DNA from: Eledone cirrhosa
Lineage: Eukaryota
Assembly (NCBI GenBank): GCA_964016885.1
Contig: OZ024740.1
Span: 47,306,001 to 47,370,000 of the forward strand
Direction: 5' to 3'
DNA: 64,000 nucleotides
In this document: piece by piece, positions 39,724 to 54,029 of the stretch
Layout of the letters: the number at the start of each line of letters is the position of its first letter
How positions within the stretch are numbered: position 1 is the first letter of the stretch
Position numbers and translations under genes: made by a program
Notes under the pieces: generated by a model
The model's database searches: none
What the model was told of the DNA's origin: nothing
Seen by the model: only the letters and a program-made list of their open reading frames with translations

Positions 39724-42700
39724 GATGCCACTCTGATATAAATATATATATGTATGTATATATACATGAATGCATATGTCCATATCTCGTAAAGCTTTCC
39801 GAACATATTTATTCATATGCAGTATATTAATATATTATATTAGGTAATGCAATTTCCTGCAGATTTTAGAGAAAAGGTTTCGTGAGCAGTAATTAGTTAA
39901 TGGCTTAAGCTTTGCATCATATAAACATTATTTTTTATGAAATTCTTATCAAATATCTAATATGTCACATTAATGGAACACTATCGTAAGTCATACATGT
40001 GCAATTTCCTAATTTCCTTGAGTGCATACTTTCATGTGAAGAAGAATTTTGATGCAGTCTCTCTTGTTACTTTGGTATCAGGATTTTGGCAATCATTTAG
40101 CTATACCGGAGAACTATCACCGTAGAGTAGAAACTTGCACTTTTGAATTGCAGACTACCGCCCTGTTTGAATTCTATTTTGGAAATAATTCAAGTACTTC
40201 AAAGAAGGTGATAATAGGTCTGATTCATCCCTGTTGGCCTTGGGGTAAACAATGATAATACCAAACATTAATTGATTACAAGACACTAAATTCCATTTTA
40301 GCATTTTTAATACTCTTTTACTCTTTTACCTGTTCTAGCCATCCGACTGAGGCCATGCTGGGGCACCGCATGTTAATACATTTTTTTTTAAAGTTCTTAT
40401 CGGTATTTACCTATTTACGTTAGGACTAATAACGCTGTTAGAACTCCATATAATATGGATATAAATATCTCAGCGAAACAAGGTGAAGAGAGTTTTTGTT
40501 TTTGTGGAAGAATGGAATTATATAAGATTTTGTTGAGTATTCAAAAGAACTATAGTCGGATATATAGGTTGAACACTGAAAACCAAAAGAACGACATTTA
40601 ATGCTTAATTTGTTCATTGTTTTATGATCGTTTCAAAAGGTTGAATAAACCATGATAATATCGATATATTGACTACTCCATAGTAGTTATGTAACTCCAT
40701 GTCATTAGCCTCGATAAAATAGATCCATCTCATCGAAAACGATTGTAAATTAATGAACTAATTAAGTGCTAAACCTAGTCTTTTTGTTTACATTGTTAAA
40801 CCTATATATTAAAGGTCTTATTAAAATTTCTATTTGGTACCCAAGAAATCTGAATGTTTATGCATTTTCAGAGGCTTTAGTGATACTGGGGGACTGAAAT
40901 ACATTTTTTGAAGTTTTATTTCAGTCGACTAGTATCACAAAAACCTCTAGAAAATGCAAAATCATAGCACAAGCTCTACAATTTAGACTTCTTTACCATG
41001 TAGATGACACTGACAGAAGGAAACAGGCCGACAGCGAAGTCTTCTTAGGTACAGCTGCGCCTCAATTTATCATGTCTTTGTTGCTAACGTTCTTTTAGAT
41101 CAAGTACAAGATTATACAGCCCTCTCAGAACTCATAGATAAATTCAATAGAATTAAAATCTTGACACCAAAATATACCAATGATGAACTGAAATAGCGCT
41201 AACGGGAAGCCATTTATCTTTCCTTAATACTATTTCTACATGTTTTTCTTCTTCCACATAAAATTTCATCGTTCTTTGCCATTTAAGTCTTTAGTTTGAT
41301 TTTACTTTATAAATATTTTTTGGCTCATTAAAACAAACCTCACCAGTTATGCCAGCAGCTAGAATAAAAACCTTTCGGTTTCTCTGCTTCGTAGCCCCTC
41401 CCATATTTCATATGTATAAAGTCGAACATATGTGCGTACATACGCCGTTTATTAACTTTTTACTTCACCTGATCTCCTGATCTTAAACACTAACTTATTC
41501 CCTATGATGTCATGCAGTCCCTTTCTTCCCCCTTTTTACTCCGTATTTTTACCCCTTTAAGACCTATTACTTTACAATGCAACGTTTTCTCTCTTCAATT
41601 CCCAAGAAGCAATTTGTGCCATTATCACAGTAGAAGCAAATCCTTTCTATATTGCCGTTATTTTGTTAGGGTAATATATTTCGTACTAGTATATTAATAT
41701 TTGGCTAAACTGGCCATATATCTAACCGCTTTCATTGTAAAAGCCAATTATGATTAGAGAGAGAATGTATCATTCCCAATAATTTAATATATTCTTGTTT
41801 ATTTCACCACTATTTATTGACTTTTACTGTGAGATCTTGTCACTCTAGTCAAGAAATATTCCAGTCATATTTCTGCAACCTTAATTTTAATTCTATCCTT
41901 ATCAAGTTTGAGTGTTATCTAAGCAGAAGTCAACTGAGTTAGTTCTAATATTCTTAAAATCAACTCCGTCATTATTATAGAGTTTGGATTTACTCAACTA
42001 GAGTACACTTGTAAATATACTGCAAAAATTCAAATTAGAACATGCCCTAAGATTTGAAACATTTAAAGTTGGTGCTCTCAGACTCTACAACAAAATGATT
42101 AAGATAATAAAAACAAGCACTATAACTAGATATCAAGGCCACTACACAAATACCAAGAAACTGACTTCGTACTGTTAGTGCCGTCGATTCTCCCTCCGGT
42201 GATAATAATTTTCGACATCGGTTGGAATTTTGTAGGTGAGAAGAATTTTGGAAGTTATTATTTGTATACCTCCTCTAAAGCCATTTAGGAAGTGAAATGG
42301 AAACAGGTCATGATCTCTACTTGATGGAATCTTACATTATCTCTACAGCACGTGCATCAAGCCTCAATAATGAAAGTTATCTCTTAACAAGAATTGCTAA
42401 AAAAGTACCACAAAAAATCTCCAGCAGTGCAAAGAAGCGTAGGTTCAACGACATTCAATTGATATCAACGTTGGCCTTTATAACCAACAATCAAGTAAAA
42501 TAAACTTGTATAACTGATAAGGCAGTTTTTCTTTCTTTTTCTGTTTTTGTCAATGAAAGGAGTATTATTCTGTTACACATCATTACATCTTGATGACGTG
42601 TGTCGTTAAAACACTTACGTAATTCGGTTAACATCAGAAAATAACATTTTATTTCTTGATAGTAGAAAACAAATTCAAGCCAAGCGTCTATGTAAGGCAA

Positions 42701-43975
42701 TTGTAATAGTTCTACGCTTTCATCCGATCTGTTAAAATGTGTAGGAATTTGTGATAGGTTCTATGTTATTATACGATCGTACTCAACGTGTATGAGTAGA
42801 CAATGGGCCGGCAGTTGTGTACAGGAGAACGTATTGTTTCAATAACTAAAAGCAACTTTGTTTTTAGTTTGATAAAATACCCCAACGCAGTTAAATAATT
42901 AGATTAATTATCCCAAAATTCATCCTCTTTTTCTCTTTTCTCTTACTTTATTCCCTCACTTTTCATTTGTCATTTTATGCTGTTTCTACTACACATATAT
43001 TTAATTGCATTAGTCAATGTTAGGATCGATTTAGATTCTCCATGTATCTCCATTAACAAAATAAAATGCAATAGAATGTAATGTTCTAGATTTTGCAGAG
43101 ATGTGGAATTCATATGTATTATATAGAACATGCATACTGTTCTATCTCGTAACAAGGAATAGTACTAGGAATTAGTAGAAGGAATGATTTTACCAAGATC
43201 AGTAAATCCTGTATAAAATCGAAATCGGTTGACGACCATAATTCCTCGGGACTTTATTTCTACTATACAGAAATGGATAATTATCATTGAAGTGAACTAT
43301 TTTGTCATTTTCATGTTGTATGGTGGATTGCCAAAATTGTTTGAGCATCGAATAAAATGCTTTGTGGCATTTGTTGTTGCTTTTTATACTCTGAGTTCAA
43401 ATCCAGCCGAGGTTAATTTTGCCTTTCATCCTTTCAGGTTGAAAACAAAGTACCAGTCACATATTGGGTCAATATATCCCACTTTCCACATCCAACAAAT
43501 TGCAGTGTCGATGTCTAGATTAGAAATTACTATTCTTTTCGTCTATTTCATTAAAAAAGAAAAAGAATTGTATTAAAAACAATTAACCATATTGTTTTGT
43601 TTCAATCTTTAACTAAATATACAGTACATAGATTTATAAAACAGATGAAAAGGATAGGAAAATAAATCGTTGATTTTTATTAGCTTCATCTCCTTGTTTA
43701 AGCAAAGAAACTCTCGACATAGATTAGTTTAAGTTATATAAATGTCACACATTAAGTGGTCGAGATAACTAAAACAGTACATTTAGTTACCTAAATGCAT
43801 GCCAAGTGCATTACTTTCAGTTCTGAGGTCAAACTTTGGCCAGGATATTTTAGACCTTATCACCACTCTTGGTGGGTAAACTTCATAATAGTGAGGCATA
43901 CTGATGAAACAAACCACTGTATGACTTTCTACAACATTTTAGAAGCAGGTGTTGAATAAAATTATAGAAATACGC

Positions 43976-44082
<107 letters not shown>

Positions 44083-45352
44083 TCCTCTCACTCTCTTCTT
44101 TTTAATTGATATCAGATACTGACTTCAATACATAACTGGCACATATTTTATCGATTTTTACTGTGATGAAAAACAGAGTAAAACCCATCAGATTTGAACC
44201 TGTAACATAGACTTAATTATACACGGCCAGACCTTTTACTCTGGCACGCTGCAGTTTCTGCTACTCAATTGTTACCTTTACATACCAAATAGTGCAAGCA
44301 TCAGCATCTCCCACTACATTAAATACCATTCGTCTTTGAAGAACTCACTTCAATATACACTACAATGCCAAGAACAATGTTTATAGTATCTGAATTACCC
44401 TTTATCTTGAACCACCATACATGTTTATTTCAAGTAGATTTCATCTAGTTAGCTTTCGATTATTGTTTTCTTTATGTCTAGATTACTTACCAGTAGACAG
44501 AAATTGCACAGCTGAATATTATTTCAGTCCCATCTTTGTTATCTATATAAACAATCAGCTACTTATTAAACTTTGTTGTTAAAATGAGTCCCAACTTCCC
44601 CAAAGTAGTTTTCATTAATTTGTGTTGATTTTACACGAGTTACTATCAACAAATCTTTTGTTTTTTAATTTGTAACATAGATAAGGTTTTTTTCTGATTA
44701 TTGGAGTTTAACACGTCTTTCCTAAATGTTAATGTAAATTGTATGGAAACAAGTATTTATCGGTGAGTCTGTTTACATAACACATCATGATTTACTGGCA
44801 CTCCATTTGTTGATTAAATATCAAAACTTCAATATTTAGTTAACATTATAACTGAAATCATAAAAGGGTTAGTTCCCAAAACGACATGACGCCCACAAAA
44901 TTTCATGTCCAGTTTCAACCCATTGTAATTCCTTTATATCACAAACATCTTTATGAGGAAAAGAGAAACGTCATACACTTCCTTTCCTCATTCCCTAAAT
45001 ACAAAATATTAGTAACCAATAAAAGCTTCTATTTACCAAGTTTTTTCAGTATGGTTTAACAGACTGGCTTTCACCTTTGGTTACAATAAAAGAATGAAAT
45101 GACAATTCTTTAAACATTAGTCAGTTTCCTATTATAACAAATCATTAGTTTTATGATTGAAGGCTTTTAGCTGATTGTTTTTAAAGTGTCACCCGGAAAC
45201 GATTTACATGTAAGCACTTAATCCTCTTCATAGTTAAGTTATCTTTTGCACATAAACACACACGCACACACAAATATATATATATGTGTATGTGTGCAAA
45301 CGACGACATAATAGCTTTGGCTTTATTATTTAGTAACTACACCCTCCCAATT

Positions 45353-45560
45353 GTGGTGGATTGGCAGAGTCGAACTCCATGCTTTGCAGCATAGAGTTAC
45401 GGCCCTTTATGATTTGGGATCAAATCCCGCTGAGGTTAATTTTGCCTGTCATCCTTACGGAGTCGATAAAATAAAGAACCAGTCACGAACTGGCGTCTAT
45501 TTAATTGACTTTCCCTTCCCCCAAAATTGGCTGGCCTTGTGTCTATATAAGAAACCATTA
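45353..45560 (+). mobile_element. Family A SINE
   Basis: GGTGGATTGGCAGAGTCG head, GGATCAAATCCCGC B-box-like motif, core, and tail GGCCTTGTGTCTATATAAGAAACCATTATT. Confidence 0.85.
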
Positions 45561-46633
45561 TTTAGTAACTACGTAATATGACAGCTGAGGCTTGATAACG
45601 TCTGGTTTCCCAATCAGGAGGCTATTGAGGTCTGGTTACGTAAGCTGAGTTCGGGAGAATAGATGGTTCGCGTATGATTTGACGAATTTGGAGCGTGATC
45701 GTGGTTTGGTGTGGCAGGAGTCATGAGTACAAGTTGACGTTCGGTTTAAGGTATTTGTTGAGGATGGGTAAACTGATTGGAGCAAGTGTCTTCTTTACTT
45801 TTAAACAGACCTAATGTGATAGAACTGCCTTCTGGACTCGAAAATCACATTGCTGCAGGCGGGACAACTGAATAGCTCACTGCGTTAAGATGACCTTATC
45901 ATCAAATCTAGTGTATATAAATGCGTTACTGGATTAAACTGCAATGTTGTTTCTAGTGACATATCACACAGCAATCAGAAGAACGAGAAAAAGAATCACT
46001 TTTAAACACTAGTCGTCGAATCAACTTCGGAGGTTTCTCGGAAAAAAATCTACGTGTCTGACACCGACACTAGCAACAAACAGCCACGTAGATTCTTTAC
46101 CGACAAACCTCCGACGTTCCTTCGGAATCTCCCGACGATGGATGTGAAATCCGAAATATGGGGCGGAATAAGTCTATTCCAATGTAACTTAATCTCTGGT
46201 TTTCATTTCTTTTTACATTTCTCTTCCTTTTTATCCCCCTTTTCCTACTGCCACCTGGTTTTGTTACCCGAAGAGTTATCCATCTGCACTGTAGAAGCTT
46301 CCAAAACGACCATTTTTCATATTCCACAATGCTTTAAGCAAAGTTAAGCATTCTCGTATATATATATATATATAGTTATATTGAGAAGGCCATGTTGTTA
46401 TAATATTGTCTGAAATATATAATAAAACACATTCAATATTTGGTTTGGGTTGGCTTTTGCTTCCTTATATTTTATATCCTTATAATTAATCTAGCTGGCA
46501 ATCAATGTTTATCATTGACCAACAGTTAAAAATATATATATAAATATATCAAAGGCATGTATTGAGTTAGAAACTCAAAATAGTCTCTTACAATAAAATT
46601 AGCTCTAGGAAAGAGGTTTTTCCGAGCCGTATA

Positions 46634-47015
46634 ATATAACTGAACAAAACACAATAACGAACACAGACATATATGTGTTCAAATCGTAGGGGACCAGATT
46701 CACTAAGGTGAAAAGAATTCTAACTATAGACAATGGGTTTGCCAGACTCAATTTAAGAATAAATCAAGAAAAATAAATACAAATCAAAATTGTAGTAACC
46801 ACCAATCACCCGGGCAGTTTTGATAATACTGTTTCGCGATATTAATTGTGAAGAGGAATACCAAAATTATAACTCATCATTTTTCTTGATTTATTCTTAA
46901 ATTGAGTCTGGCAAACCCATTGTCTATAGTTAGTATTTTATTCACCTTACGATGGTCCCTTACGATTTGAACACATATATGTATATGTCTATGTTCGTTT
47001 TTCTTTTTTGTTCAG

Positions 47016-47021
<6 letters not shown>
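46634..47021. repeat. ~140-bp inverted repeats with a ~105-bp spacer, ending in (TA)n
   Basis: CTAACTATAGACAATGGGTTTGCCAGACTCAATTTAAGAATAAATCAAGAAAAAT and its reverse complement at ~46880-46935. The outer parts match with indels. Confidence 0.9.
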
Positions 47022-47091
<70 letters not shown>

Positions 47092-47818
47092 GGGTGTGTA
47101 TAATTGTGTATAGAAGATTATATTAATAAAAGGAATTCCAACTTTGTCTTATTTACTCGTTTTATTTACAATCTTTAAAATTATAATGATATTATAATGA
47201 AATAGTATAGTAGAGTATTAAATGTTAAGTGTTAATTAAACAAGTACTTTCATGCTTTCGCAATCTTCAGGTTCATATTCAGTGGTGACAGTCAAGTTTG
47301 CAATTTACAACTGTCAGTTGTGATGTAAATTCAGCAAAAAATCTAAATGGATCTTGTTAGAGGAATGACATTACGCCTCTTTCAAGTTCACATATAGAGT
47401 CACATTTATATTGGTAACAATCTGTGTATTTCTTCTAAAAACGAGTTAAATGTATGATAAATGCATTACATCTAAATTGAATTGTGCTAAACATGTTACA
47501 CAGGGTTATAGTTTGCATATGTAACCCATATTCTTAGCGTTGAAAAGCAAATAAACATTTCATAGAACCTAAATTTAACATATTTAATTATTTTAATGTA
47601 ATCAGATATTAATGTATTTATGAAATTAGATGTGGCACATGTAGTTAAAAGTTAATAACTGTATCTTAAGAATACATTTGCAACTGGAGAGGGCAGAGAT
47701 CCGTTGCAGCATAATAGCAATCAAGATCGTATGTCAGGGGAAAAAATGTGTCATTCAATAAATGCAGTCCATTTCTATATTGTTAACAACACTTTAATTT
47801 CTATTTCTTATTTGTTGT

Positions 47819-48258
47819 CATCGGTAGAGGGTCGGACGCCATGCTTTGCAGCACAGTTACGTCCCTTTACGGACTGAGTTCAAATCGCGCCGAGGTTCAC
47901 TTTGCCTTTCATCCTTACCAAGTCGATAAAATAAAGTACCAGTAATGCACTGGGATAATTGCTGGCCTTGTACCAAAAGTAGAAACAATTATTTAACTGA
48001 AGAGACACAGTTACGGACTGAGTTCAAATCCCGCCGAGGTTAACTTTGCCTTTCATCCTTACGGGGACGATAAAATAAAGTACCAGTAACGTACTGGATA
48101 ATTGCTGGCCTTGTGCCAACAGTAGAAACAATTATTTAACTGAAGGTCAGGGTGGTGAATTGCCAGAATAAAGTACCAGTAATGCACTGGGTCGATTTAA
48201 TCAACTTTCCCCCACTACCAAAATTGCTGGCCTTGTGCCTATATCAGAAACCATTATT
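47819..48258 (+). mobile_element. Three progressively truncated family A SINE copies in tandem
   Basis: Each ends ...GAAACAATTATTTAACTGAAG or a close variant (~47980, 48125, 48250). Confidence 0.85.
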
Positions 48259-50604
48259 TAACTCAAGGTCAATTCTGATCGAGTAAACCTATGATCATAC
48301 CATCTTTTTGGTAATATGATAGTTGGGTATTTTTCCAGAGAATTAGTTACTATACCTATTAAGTCGAATAATCTCGTAAAAGCTTCATCTGTTGATTCCT
48401 GTCTCTCTTTCTGGTCTTATTTCTCCTGGTTTTCATAATAAGAAGCCTTATTCTGTATACTAAATGTTTAAGAGCTGACGTTCAGATTACAGTTTTCACA
48501 CATCTGCTTGATCATTATCTTGTGCTCCTATTTAATTTGATGGTGCATCGTCAAGTGCTACCAGACATGTTAACAGTCGTAGTAAACGAAATGAACCAGG
48601 CAAAATAAAATAAACATGCCAGACAACTGAATTTAAACGAATGACTATACATTATTGAAATTGATTGCTTAATAGTGTTTATTTCAACGAGGCTCATCAA
48701 ACAAGAGAAAACACGTGCCAGGAAAGCTGTATAGCTTGAATCTTGGGGATGCAGGATATTGTTAAAAGATGGTTTTGTTTTTTAGATATATGATTTGATC
48801 TTATAACTGTGTAGATATTTATGTGACATCATTACTTAGTCTTTTCACCGTCATGCTCTCCGTATCGCATTACACATCAGATAAGTAGGCTAAAATATGC
48901 TTCCACTTTGATATTTTCTTCAACAGAATACTCTGCGTGGAGCGTTACTTTTTTTAATTTTATTTCACTGAACAAAAATATACACCACTTCTGTTTTAAC
49001 GTCCAATCCGATTAAAGCTTACGTTGAACTATCTTATTTGTTTATTAGTATATCTAAAAGTTTATTCTCTGAAGTCTCATTTAACCAAGTTGCAATAATT
49101 CCTTTTATGGTGTATCATAGGGCTATATATTTAGCGTCAACAGTATATTGGTGCCATGTGGTGACATACATTTCTGTTACAAGCAGAAGCTTATCTGGCG
49201 CGTTTCATAAACAGAGAGTATGAAGTTTAAATTCTACTATATTCTGAAATAGAATTCATAAAGTTTCAGGGTTTCTCCTGCAATCTAATTCATAACAATA
49301 GATTCTCATCGGTCTTCCTTTTAATCTATATAAAGTTCCTTTATTTTTATTTGGTCCAACTTAATTGTACATTTATTTTCATTCCCCACACATTCAGCAT
49401 TTACCAGCACCCAACTGTCTTTAAAAAACATTGGATAATGTTGTCCGGGATACATAATACCTGAAAATAAAACAGCCAAGTCATCGCCATGATACCCTTG
49501 CACAGTCTGAGCTGACGGTGTTCTAAACAACCCAATCTCCAATTTATGGACGCATGAGTAAATAATTAACATTTTCGAAATCTCTGCCTATAAATGCTTA
49601 TAAGATTTTAAATTAGTAAATACATATGTTCTTGGATATAACAATCTCTGTCAATGGAAATTTGTTTATGTACATATTTGTAACCCATAATTCAGTTTAG
49701 CAACTTAGAAATGTAAATAAAATGCCTTCTAATGCAGTGATAGTAACACCACTCAGAACAGATATATCAATATTAATATTCAGCTTATGTAAGAGTAGTT
49801 ACATAAGTTTCTGTATAAGAAGGCTCGGGGGTGTCAGATTCAAACTAACACGATAATTAACGCTGTACTATTGAATATTCAAGAAAGAGAAAGTATTGTT
49901 TTGAAAGTTGTCGTAATTGAAAATTGATGTGTTCGTGAAATGTTATAAAGCTAGGGTTACATAAATGAATGGCAGTTGTTTAACTAACTAAAAGCAAGTT
50001 TGTGTTTTCAGTTTGCTACGTAAAACACAGTTAGCATTGTTAATATTGTATAATGAAGACTCTGTTTAACATATGTATATTTATTCTGAAGCAAAATAAC
50101 GTATTGATTCGGAAATGTTTCATTTCGTTAGTCATAGCTAGATTGCGTAAAATATTTGTAGTACATTTAACTTCATCTCTTTACATCTATGCTTAATAAC
50201 CTTTACAATTCTACAAAATTCCCTTTACGTCGGTAGGTAAGTCAACGCAAACAGTAGTTACTCAGAATAATTTATTTCTGGTACAGGTTCGATGCTTGTT
50301 TCTTTAGAGTTCGATTCCTCACAGAACCAACATTTTTTAAAAATAAAAATACAAACGGAAGTCAGAACACCAGGTTCATCAGGCGTTGAGGTGGACTTTG
50401 GCACTTTCGACCCCCACCAACGATGCTGCTAGTACACATATACATACATACACACACATATATATGCATATTCGCAAACGAATCGAATATTATTATTAAT
50501 ATTCGAAAAACTCAGATTACTTTATTGTATTCAGCCATGTAGAGCGAAATCTTTTTTATTTGAATATGGCAAAGCCGGCCATTGATCGCTCGTATACAGG
50601 AAAC

Positions 50605-50713
50605 TGACTGGCCAGTCTGCTGATATGCAAACCTGGCTGATCAGTGGATCTGCTAATATGCAGATCTGACTGATCAGCCAGTCTGCTAATATGCAAATCA
50701 GGCCGATCAGTCA
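50605..50713 (+). repeat. Three 33-bp subrepeats, each with an octamer-like motif
   Basis: ATGCAAAC at 50625, ATGCAGAT at 50658 and ATGCAAAT at 50691, each preceded by TCTGCT(G/A)AT and followed by G(G/A)C(T/C)GATCAG. Confidence 0.85.
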
Positions 50714-50767
50714 CTGTATATTTTAGAAAATACCATATATTTTCACTAGCTCTGGCAGGTGAACAGT

Positions 50768-50817
50768 GAGCTGTACTGATGAAAGGTGATACCCAGAAAC
50801 ATTAGTGTCTGCAGTTC
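50768..50817 (+). ncRNA. Type I hammerhead ribozyme, canonical core
   Basis: GAGCTGTA-CTGATGA-AAGGT(GAT)ACCCA-GAAACA(TTAG)TGTC-TGCAGTTC: 8-bp stem I with two G-U pairs, short stem II, 3-bp stem III, GUC at 50807-50809. Confidence 0.8.
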
Positions 50818-50990
50818 TGTTCACACGCCAACACAAGAGCAAGAATGAGGGGCTCATTTTACTGACATGGCTTTAAAAATGAAGCTTGTTTGCATAATTG
50901 CAAACCAATCGAATATTATTATTAATATTCGAAAAACTCAGATTACATTTATTGTATTCAGCCATGCAGAGAGAAATTTTATATATATAT

Positions 50991-51066
<76 letters not shown>

Positions 51067-51689
51067 TAGAATAATTCTATAATATATATAAGGTTATAAT
51101 AATTCTGTTTATATATTGAATGTTGAGTGTTCAACTTTATATTACAAGTCAGCCCTTACATGCGAGTATATATGTATATGTCTATATTTGTATATGTATG
51201 TATGCACGTTACTAGTTGAGTTCAATATTGGCGGGAATTCCACTTTTTTCTCACACATCGGTCACCATCTATTTAGGGGTCACGTTTCATGACGGCATAG
51301 AACTGCTAGATTTGGGAAACTGGCAGTACATATAACTGTACTTAAAACCTAAGTGTCAAGTGAGGGCATTTCCTGCTGAAAACATACGATAGCCTGATTG
51401 CGTAATGTCTGCTGTGATTACGCAATTCTCTGCATACCACAGTTTTAATAACTGTGGTAGGCGGGGTATTGCATAGAAACGGAATCCGTGAAGGAGTTAT
51501 ATACGTGAGGTATCTTTACCAAAACGCTGCCACCGTACTCACTAAATAACTATAATGTGTTCACTCTGAACCTTGGGATGCAGTTTCACAACCGTAAGCT
51601 TATTGTCTCATTGAGTGAGTGGGTCATGGCCAGAGATCATTGAAGTAACTTCGGTGACTTTCGGTGACTTCGGTGACTTTCTTAAAAAG

Positions 51690-51749
<60 letters not shown>

Positions 51750-53707
51750 TTAAAAAAAGAGCAAGAAACCAGGACTATCCGTCATCAGTGTTCTTCTCGC
51801 TATCATCGGTATTTCTTCGCATTAAAGACCAGATACCTCAAGCGAGCCCGAACAATAACTAAAATAAGTTATTGGGATAAAATAAATGGATGGATAAAGA
51901 AAGACATGTAAACAAATAAATTGGTAAGGCAACGTAAAGAGAGGAAGACGAGAAAACAAGTCAGTGATACATATGAACTTAAGTTCTAACAAATCATTGA
52001 CGAGAAGAAAAACAGACGCGTCCAAATCTAGCGAAATGTAAGCGAGAAAAGGATTTCACACAGGTCAGACGGGAGGAAGTGAGTGAGGGGAGTAGCAGAG
52101 AATGAGTGAGTGAAAGTGTGAGGAAGAGGCCAGCCAAGAGAGGGTGACTGGCAGAGAGGGTGAAAGAAAGTAAGAGATACAAGGAGAGCCAAGGGGGAGA
52201 GAGAAAGAGGATAGCAGTAAAGGAATAGAAACAGACAGGTCACAGCGGAGGGAAAAAATATGAATGAAAAATGGCGTGCTGCTTTGTTGCGAATATATAT
52301 ATATACATATATATATGCGTGTGTGCGTGCGTGTGTATGTGTGTCTGTGTATGTGTGTGTGTGTGTGTGTGTATGTGTGTGTGTGTATGTGTGTGTGTGT
52401 GTCCATCCCCGATATATATCACCTACATAAATATGCAATTTCATATTGCTAATGTAGTTTTGTAAGAACTGAATATAAAAAGAAGCTCATTTTTATGATC
52501 AAAAACCTCACATAAATTTAGCTTTAATTCTAGTACCATATCGTATACCGTCTTATTAACCAACGTATCTAATAAGGTTGAAATTGTTCAGTTATTATTG
52601 TTGCTTGATTTCAATTCAAAAGTGATAGCGACCACCTCTCCTTAAATACATTCAAGTTATGATCATTTCATCTATTTAGAAGAATGTATCGTGCCACATT
52701 ATTCATTATCCAATGTTTTTTTACTAAAGAAAATAGATGCATGATCTGAGAGATTTGTGTTTAAGAGATCCACATGTGTTGCGGAAAATATTGTGTCTTA
52801 GGAATTTATTTAAACGTAGCGGAGATCACCCCTCTCCAGTTCTGAAAAAGTAGTCGATTTCTTCCTCGGAGAGAGAGAAGGGGGGGGGGAGAAAGGGAGA
52901 GAGAGAGAGAGAGAGGGAGAGAGATTAAGAATCGATCCAAATACTGGAGTGCTACTTTATTTATCGACCTCGAAAGGATGAAATGTAAAGTTGATCTCGG
53001 TGGGATATGAACTGAGCGAGCAGTGAGTCAGAACAAATACCGATCCACTTTTAGTCCGCCGCCACCTGAATATTACTATCTGTTCTAAATAAAATTTGAA
53101 GATTTAAAGGAATTTGTACAAGTCAACATGGTGGTGGTAGTGGTAGTGGGGTAGCGTAGAATTAAAATGACTGAGGAAATTGACCTACTTATTCATGGCA
53201 ATTGAAACATTTTTGTTCTGCTTTGTCAACACTGAGCAAACCTACGATCAAATACATGTCTTTTCATGTGTATCTCGGACTTCATTATTTTATACGTTAT
53301 TCAGATGTATGAATTGAGTGAGATTTGGCTGCTATTTCGAACAGATCGATGGATAATATAGTCTCCTTCAATGGCTCTGGATTATGAATTAACATCTATC
53401 GCTAACGTAATGGGAAGAGATTAATCTGGAAAAATTGAACATCTGATCGGTAGTTACTAATTATCTCAATTTCTTAATTTCTATTTTGGATTCGATCACC
53501 GATTCCGATTACTTAGCTAACTATTCTATATTGAACTCATTATGCACAGAGCTTCCTCCACCAGGAAGCAATTAAATCAAAATTTATCTAATCTAATTAA
53601 GTCTTTTGACCAGCAGTTGAATACATTTCGCTTTACAAACATCAACGCCATACTTCCCATAAATATCTCGCTTCACGTGACTAATAAAAGAAAGTTATAT
53701 GATGCGT

Positions 53708-53880
53708 CCTTCTAACTAAGATAATTGTTTCTACTTTTGGCACAAGGCCAGCAATAACCCAGTGTATTACTGGTACTTTATTTTATCGACCCCGTAAGGA
53801 TGAAAGGCAAAGTTAACCTTGGCGGGATTTGAACTCAGAATGTCAAATCCCGCCAAGGTTAACCTTCTAACTAAGATAAT
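53708..53880 (-). mobile_element. 5'-truncated family A SINE with fold-back inversion and 18-bp TSD
   Basis: CCTTCTAACTAAGATAAT at 53708-53725 and 53863-53880. Internal GTTAACCTTGGCGGGATTTGA...TCAAATCCCGCCAAGGTTAAC. Confidence 0.9.
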
Positions 53881-54029
53881 ATATTAATATACACAACTCA
53901 GGTCCAACTGAACTTATGCATTTCCTTTGACCTAAAAATACGAGACACGTAACAATGGGCAATAAATTATATGAAATGGTTGTTTGAGCCCAAGGTCATG
54001 AAATTTTGCAATGACTGAAAGAATATGAT

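Larger units (their letters stand above)
50474..50980 (+). mobile_element. Retrozyme-like unit: 426-bp monomer plus ~80-bp terminal direct repeat, with internal hammerhead
   Basis: GCAAAC.AATCGAATATTATTATTAATATTCGAAAAACTCAGATTAC..TTATTGTATTCAGCCATG starts at both 50474 and 50900. Hammerhead at 50768-50817. Flanked by CA/TA microsatellites. Confidence 0.65.

Noticed and set aside
46128-46165. Hammerhead-like CCGACGA-TGGATGTGAAATCC-GAAA
   Set aside because: No proper UH cleavage site or stem I. Used only as weak support for the CCGANGA variant.
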